From a virus: a stretch of 64,000 bases of DNA. Within the stretch, counting starts at the first letter, position 1. Every line of letters starts with the position of its first letter. A program made the position numbers and the translations under genes. The notes beneath the pieces are model-generated. The model ran no database searches, was not told the origin of the DNA, and was given only the letters and a program-made list of their open reading frames with translations. The stretch is taken from IMG/VR virus record IMGVR_UViG_3300032093_000017. The stretch is one strand, 5' to 3'. Shown here one piece after another: positions 60,273 through 64,000 of this stretch.

Positions 60273-60641
60273 ATGACTCCTCTTCATTCGTCCAAAGAAT
60301 ACTTGTTTAATCTTTATACAACAAGTTCTGGAGAAGCAAAACGAATATGGAGGCAACATATTAAAGAACATTGGAATCATAAATGTGCTTATTGTGATTC
60401 TGAAGAAAACCTGACCATTGATCATATAGTTCCAAGATCAAAAGGTGGAACGGATTTCACAAACAATGTTGTCTGTTGCTGCCATTCCTGCAATCAAGAC
60501 AAGAAACATACTCCTTGGGAAGATTGGTTTTCCGAACAAGATTTTTTTACAGAAGAAAAAAGACGTGCTATACTAAAATGGATGCACAATAAGAAGGAGC
60601 AAGTGCTCTATAAATATCCACAAAGACAAAATAAAGTTTAA
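60273..60641 (+). CDS. HNH endonuclease
   Basis: CAYC...TIDHIVPRSKGG..NVVCCCHSCN. Confidence 0.88.
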   Translation: MTPLHSSKEYLFNLYTTSSGEAKRIWRQHIKEHWNHKCAYCDSEENLTIDHIVPRSKGGTDFTNNVVCCCHSCNQDKKHTPWEDWFSEQDFFTEEKRRAILKWMHNKKEQVLYKYPQRQNKV

Positions 60642-60648
60642 AAGTATT

Positions 60649-60897
60649 ATGAATTTTACAATTTATTCAAAGCAAGGTTGCCCCTATTGTGATAAGGTTA
60701 AAATGGTTTTAACTCTTTTGAGTGAAACAAAGAAATACAATGTTATTTCTTATGAACTTAATACAGATTTCAATAGAGAACAATTTTATGCAGAATTTGG
60801 AGAAGGTTCAACTTTTCCTCAAGTTATTCTAAACGATAAACATATTGGTGGATGTACTGATACAATCACATACTTACAAGAAAATAATATGCTCTGA
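60649..60897 (+). CDS. nrdC: Glutaredoxin
   Basis: CPYC, TFPQV, IGGCTD. Confidence 0.92.
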   Translation: MNFTIYSKQGCPYCDKVKMVLTLLSETKKYNVISYELNTDFNREQFYAEFGEGSTFPQVILNDKHIGGCTDTITYLQENNML

Positions 60898-60899
60898 TC

Positions 60900-61085
60900 G
60901 TGTCCATAAATAATTCTGAAAATTATAGCATTAATCGTGGTTTTGAGTTAATGCTTAGAAAAAAAGGAGGAGAGGAAAAAGAAACAAAATTGATACCAAA
61001 AACTTTCAATTTTGAAAAAGTATTTTCTCTACTCAAAAGAGAGATATACCTCAAAATTGAATTAGATATAATGAAAAAAAAGTAG
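60900..61085 (+). CDS. Hypothetical protein
   Basis: INRGFELMLR; syntenic small ORF. Confidence 0.6.
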   Translation: MSINNSENYSINRGFELMLRKKGGEEKETKLIPKTFNFEKVFSLLKREIYLKIELDIMKKK

Positions 61086-61102
61086 TCTCTCGGAGAAGAT
61101 CA

Positions 61103-61339
61103 ATGACAGCAACATATTTAGTGTTTGGTTCTTTTTTAATTGTTTTATTTTTTATGGTGGGACTTTTTATCGGATGGAGTGCCAGAGAATATATGATGAA
61201 CTATCAAGAAGGACCAAAACAAATTGCTTATCATCCAGAGTTTTACAATAAAAATGGTGAGTTAATTGATCAAGAAATTGTTTCAGTAAGATTTGATCCT
61301 GATTATTTTATTGATGAAGATGATAGTGATAATGATTGA
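61103..61339 (+). CDS. Membrane protein
   Basis: N-terminal TM helix; HPEFY. Confidence 0.7.
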   Translation: MTATYLVFGSFLIVLFFMVGLFIGWSAREYMMNYQEGPKQIAYHPEFYNKNGELIDQEIVSVRFDPDYFIDEDDSDND

Positions 61340-61376
61340 TAAATAAATTTAATTAATTTAATTCTGCATTAATTTT

Positions 61377-61967
61377 ATGACAATGACAGTAAAAGAAAAA
61401 ACAACGACTAAAAGAACCACTTCAAAAGCAAAAGAAGTTGTAAATGAAAATATAGATCTTCCTGCAAATCCTTTTGCTTTTGAGGTTTTGAATCTTGCAA
61501 GTTCCCAGAGAACTAATGCAAAAAAAGTTGAGATTCTTAAAAAATATGAACACGATTCATTGAAAGCAATTTTTATTTGGAATTTTGATGAGTCAGTAAT
61601 TTCACTTTTACCAGAAGGAGAAGTTCCTTTTTTTGGTGATAATACAATGAAGACAACAACAATGTCTGAAAGAATTGAAGATTCAATTAGGCAAATGTCT
61701 GATTCTTCAATTGGAGCAATTGATCAAAAGTATTCCACTCTCAGAAAAGAATATACATTGCTTTATAATTTTGTAAAGGGTGGAAACGATTCATTAAATG
61801 GAATTCGCAGAGAGAGCATTTTTGTTAATTTGTTAGAGGGAATTCATCCTCTTGAAGCAGAAATTATTTGTCTTTGTAAGGATAAAAAATTACAAACAAA
61901 ATATAAAATTACCAAAGAGATAGTTTCTGAAGCATATCCAGATATTACTTGGGGTAATAGAAGTTGA
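61377..61967 (+). CDS. Conserved T4-like hypothetical protein
   Basis: LPEGEVPF, RRESIF..LLEGIHP.EAE. Confidence 0.8.
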   Translation: MTMTVKEKTTTKRTTSKAKEVVNENIDLPANPFAFEVLNLASSQRTNAKKVEILKKYEHDSLKAIFIWNFDESVISLLPEGEVPFFGDNTMKTTTMSERIEDSIRQMSDSSIGAIDQKYSTLRKEYTLLYNFVKGGNDSLNGIRRESIFVNLLEGIHPLEAEIICLCKDKKLQTKYKITKEIVSEAYPDITWGNRS

Positions 61968-62227
61968 TTATGGTTTTAATACATAAAAATTGTGATCCAT
62001 CTGTGGCAAACAATAAATCTTTGCCGAGAAATTCTTACTTGGTTGCATATCAAGAAAGTAATGAAAAAAAATATGATATTGTTCAAGCAGGTTCTTTTGT
62101 AGAAGTATTTGATAATTACTATGATCAATATGGAAAAGGATGTATTTTAAATATCAAATGGTCAGAAGGAACAGTAAATCCAAAGTCATATAACTATCAA
62201 GTTAAAGATAAAAAATCAAAAAAATAG
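61964..62227 (+). CDS. Hypothetical protein
   Basis: ORF track. Confidence 0.7.
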   Translation: MIMVLIHKNCDPSVANNKSLPRNSYLVAYQESNEKKYDIVQAGSFVEVFDNYYDQYGKGCILNIKWSEGTVNPKSYNYQVKDKKSKK

Positions 62228-62290
62228 TTTGGAATGGGGGTTGATACAACCCCTTTTTTGTGTTAAAATTTTGAGAGAGATTAGTATCTT

Positions 62291-62455
62291 ATGGACAGAG
62301 AAAAACTAAAACTAATTGTCCGTAATCTTGAATTGTTGGTTGATTCTCTAAAGGCAGAAATCTATTCTGATGTCTCTGCTTATAAACCTAAAGAACCAAT
62401 GGGAAAAAGACCAATTTTAGATTACGACGAAATCTTTGAGGATAATAATGACTGA
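62291..62455 (+). CDS. Hypothetical protein (54 aa, MDREKLKLIVRNLELL...)
   Basis: Read by eye. Confidence 0.65.
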   Translation: MDREKLKLIVRNLELLVDSLKAEIYSDVSAYKPKEPMGKRPILDYDEIFEDNND

Positions 62456-62621
62456 TACTGGAAGAGCAAAGAAACTTGTAAAACTTCTTGAGAGGTTAAT
62501 TAATCAAGATCATCTTTATACGGATGATAAAATAAAAGAAATGAAAGCACAACTTCGTACTGTAAAAGAAGAAATTGCACAATTAGAAGCAAAAACATCA
62601 AAAGGATTTGGAAAGAAATGA
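62448..62621 (+). CDS. Hypothetical protein
   Basis: Coiled coil ending KGFG. Confidence 0.65.
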   Translation: MTDTGRAKKLVKLLERLINQDHLYTDDKIKEMKAQLRTVKEEIAQLEAKTSKGFGKK

Positions 62622-63373
62622 AACCAATTAAAGCAAAAGACCTTCTTGAATTAGATAAGGAAATGAAAGTTGTGATGCTTAATCAAACACAACTTCCACA
62701 AACTCTTGTTTATCAGGGTGGAAAAAATGATTACTCTGAAGAACCTATTCATACAAAGATTCCACCAAATGAAAAGGACTGTGGTAAATGGGTTATTGAG
62801 CAATTACTTGCAAATGAACGTGGGCACTGGGGTCCATTGGAGCATCCTGCGATTACTTTGGATTGCGTTGGATTTGTTCATAATGTAATGGTTCAGGCAC
62901 GAACTCATCGTGTTGGTGTGTCTTTTGATGTTCAATCTCAACGTTATACTGGTCGTCGTGTATTGAAAGTTGCAAGTGGAGATCTTAAACCAGAAAAGGT
63001 GTATTATGTGCGTCCAGAAGGTCTCTACCTTGACCGTAAAGGGCATAAGTACGAATGGACAAGGGAAGATTATGAAAGGCAGTTAAAGTTCTGTCTGGCA
63101 GCATCTGAGAGATATGCAGAAGGTTATAATACTCGTGGTATGGCAGAAGAACATCTTCGTGATTATCTTCCACAGAATATTCGTCAAAACTTTGTAGTCT
63201 CATTCTCACTTCGTGCTGCACTTCACTTTCTTGATCTTCGTGCAAAGTTGGATGCTCAAGTAGAAATTCAGGCACTTTGTGAGGCAATGGTCCCTATTAT
63301 TAAAGAATGGGTTCCTGAGATTTTTAGTTATTATGAAGAGAAGCGTCTCCATAAAGCACGTTTGAGTCCCTGA
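62618..63373 (+). CDS. thyX: Flavin-dependent thymidylate synthase
   Basis: GHWGPLEH, QARTHR..SFDVQSQRY, AQVEI. Confidence 0.92.
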   Translation: MKPIKAKDLLELDKEMKVVMLNQTQLPQTLVYQGGKNDYSEEPIHTKIPPNEKDCGKWVIEQLLANERGHWGPLEHPAITLDCVGFVHNVMVQARTHRVGVSFDVQSQRYTGRRVLKVASGDLKPEKVYYVRPEGLYLDRKGHKYEWTREDYERQLKFCLAASERYAEGYNTRGMAEEHLRDYLPQNIRQNFVVSFSLRAALHFLDLRAKLDAQVEIQALCEAMVPIIKEWVPEIFSYYEEKRLHKARLSP

Positions 63374-63403
63374 TCTAAATAATCGTACATATTATTTTAA
63401 CAA

Positions 63404-63646
63404 ATGGCAATATATCCAATTATTCACAAAGAAACTGGTGAAACCAAAGTGATTGAAATGAGTGTCAATGACATTATGCAATGGTATAAAGACAATCCTC
63501 AATGGACAAGAGATTGGTCTCAGGGTTGTGCTTCTCCAGGAGAAGTAGGTGATTTATTGAGCAAACACGTTAGTAGAAACCCAGGATGGAATGATGTCCT
63601 CCGTAAAGTTTCAAAAGTTCCAGGTGCAAATGTAAAACCAATTTAA
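63404..63646 (+). CDS. Conserved hypothetical protein
   Basis: GWNDVLRKV..VPGANV. Confidence 0.7.
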   Translation: MAIYPIIHKETGETKVIEMSVNDIMQWYKDNPQWTRDWSQGCASPGEVGDLLSKHVSRNPGWNDVLRKVSKVPGANVKPI

Positions 63647-63648
63647 CT

Positions 63649-64000
63649 ATGGCAAGAAAAAGAAGAAGCAATGATAATCAACCAATCGGAGTTGGTTATA
63701 CCTCCAAACAAATGAAGAGGAGAAAACCAATCAGTTCTGACTATCTGATTGATGTTGAACCTTTAACAGAGAATCAAAGAAAACTTTTTGAATCATATCA
63801 AAACGGAAAACATTTGGTTGCTTATGGTTGTGCTGGTACTGGTAAAACATTCATCAGTCTCTACAATGCACTTAAAGATGTATTAGATGAAACTACACCA
63901 TACGAACAAATTTATGTTGTTCGTTCTCTTGTAGCAACTCGTGAGATTGGATTTCTTCCAGGGGATCATGACGATAAGTCTGCTCTTTACCAGATTCCTT
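63649..64000 (+). CDS. phoH: PhoH-like ATPase, truncated by the window end (missing from the ORF track)
   Basis: PLTENQ, GCAGTGKT, REIGFLPG. Confidence 0.92.
   Translation, partial: MARKRRSNDNQPIGVGYTSKQMKRRKPISSDYLIDVEPLTENQRKLFESYQNGKHLVAYGCAGTGKTFISLYNALKDVLDETTPYEQIYVVRSLVATREIGFLPGDHDDKSALYQIP

Noticed and set aside
94-63287. Many short overlapping or antisense ORFs in the track
   Set aside because: Shadows of well-supported genes, without RBS or recognisable motifs
1-64000. tRNA genes
   Set aside because: No convincing cloverleaf or T-loop found by eye (ggttcgc at 44534 belongs to an inverted repeat); tRNAscan-SE would settle it

Overview
64 kb from a T4-like cyanomyovirus (Kyanoviridae-type; freshwater S-CRM01-like affinity is my inference), almost all on the + strand. 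In order: (1) replication core: gp43, uvsX, gp41, mazG, gp61, nrdA/nrdB; (2) late genes encoding modular, probably capsid-internal proteins; (3) a cyanobacterial porin; (4) a ~17 kb AT-rich glycosylation island; (5) hli x2, peroxiredoxin and a lysis-like cluster; (6) a 4-gene minus-strand secreted-protein operon; (7) psbA, psbD, talC-zwf-gnd, grx, thyX and a partial phoH. Highlights read directly from the sequence: nrdA is fractured into two genes carrying the halves of a split intein, inserted at the catalytic Cys with a free-standing GIY-YIG gene between them. psbA carries TWO group I introns and is followed by an EndoVII (F-CphI-like) endonuclease. A tandem glutamine-riboswitch-like RNA has a complete 50-codon ORF inside its second aptamer, upstream of a DUF4278 gene. 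A recurring hairpin with a late promoter in its loop sits in front of five to six nuclease genes. A family of late cassette proteins has conserved ends and swappable middles. All family assignments are from motif recognition by eye; no searches were run.
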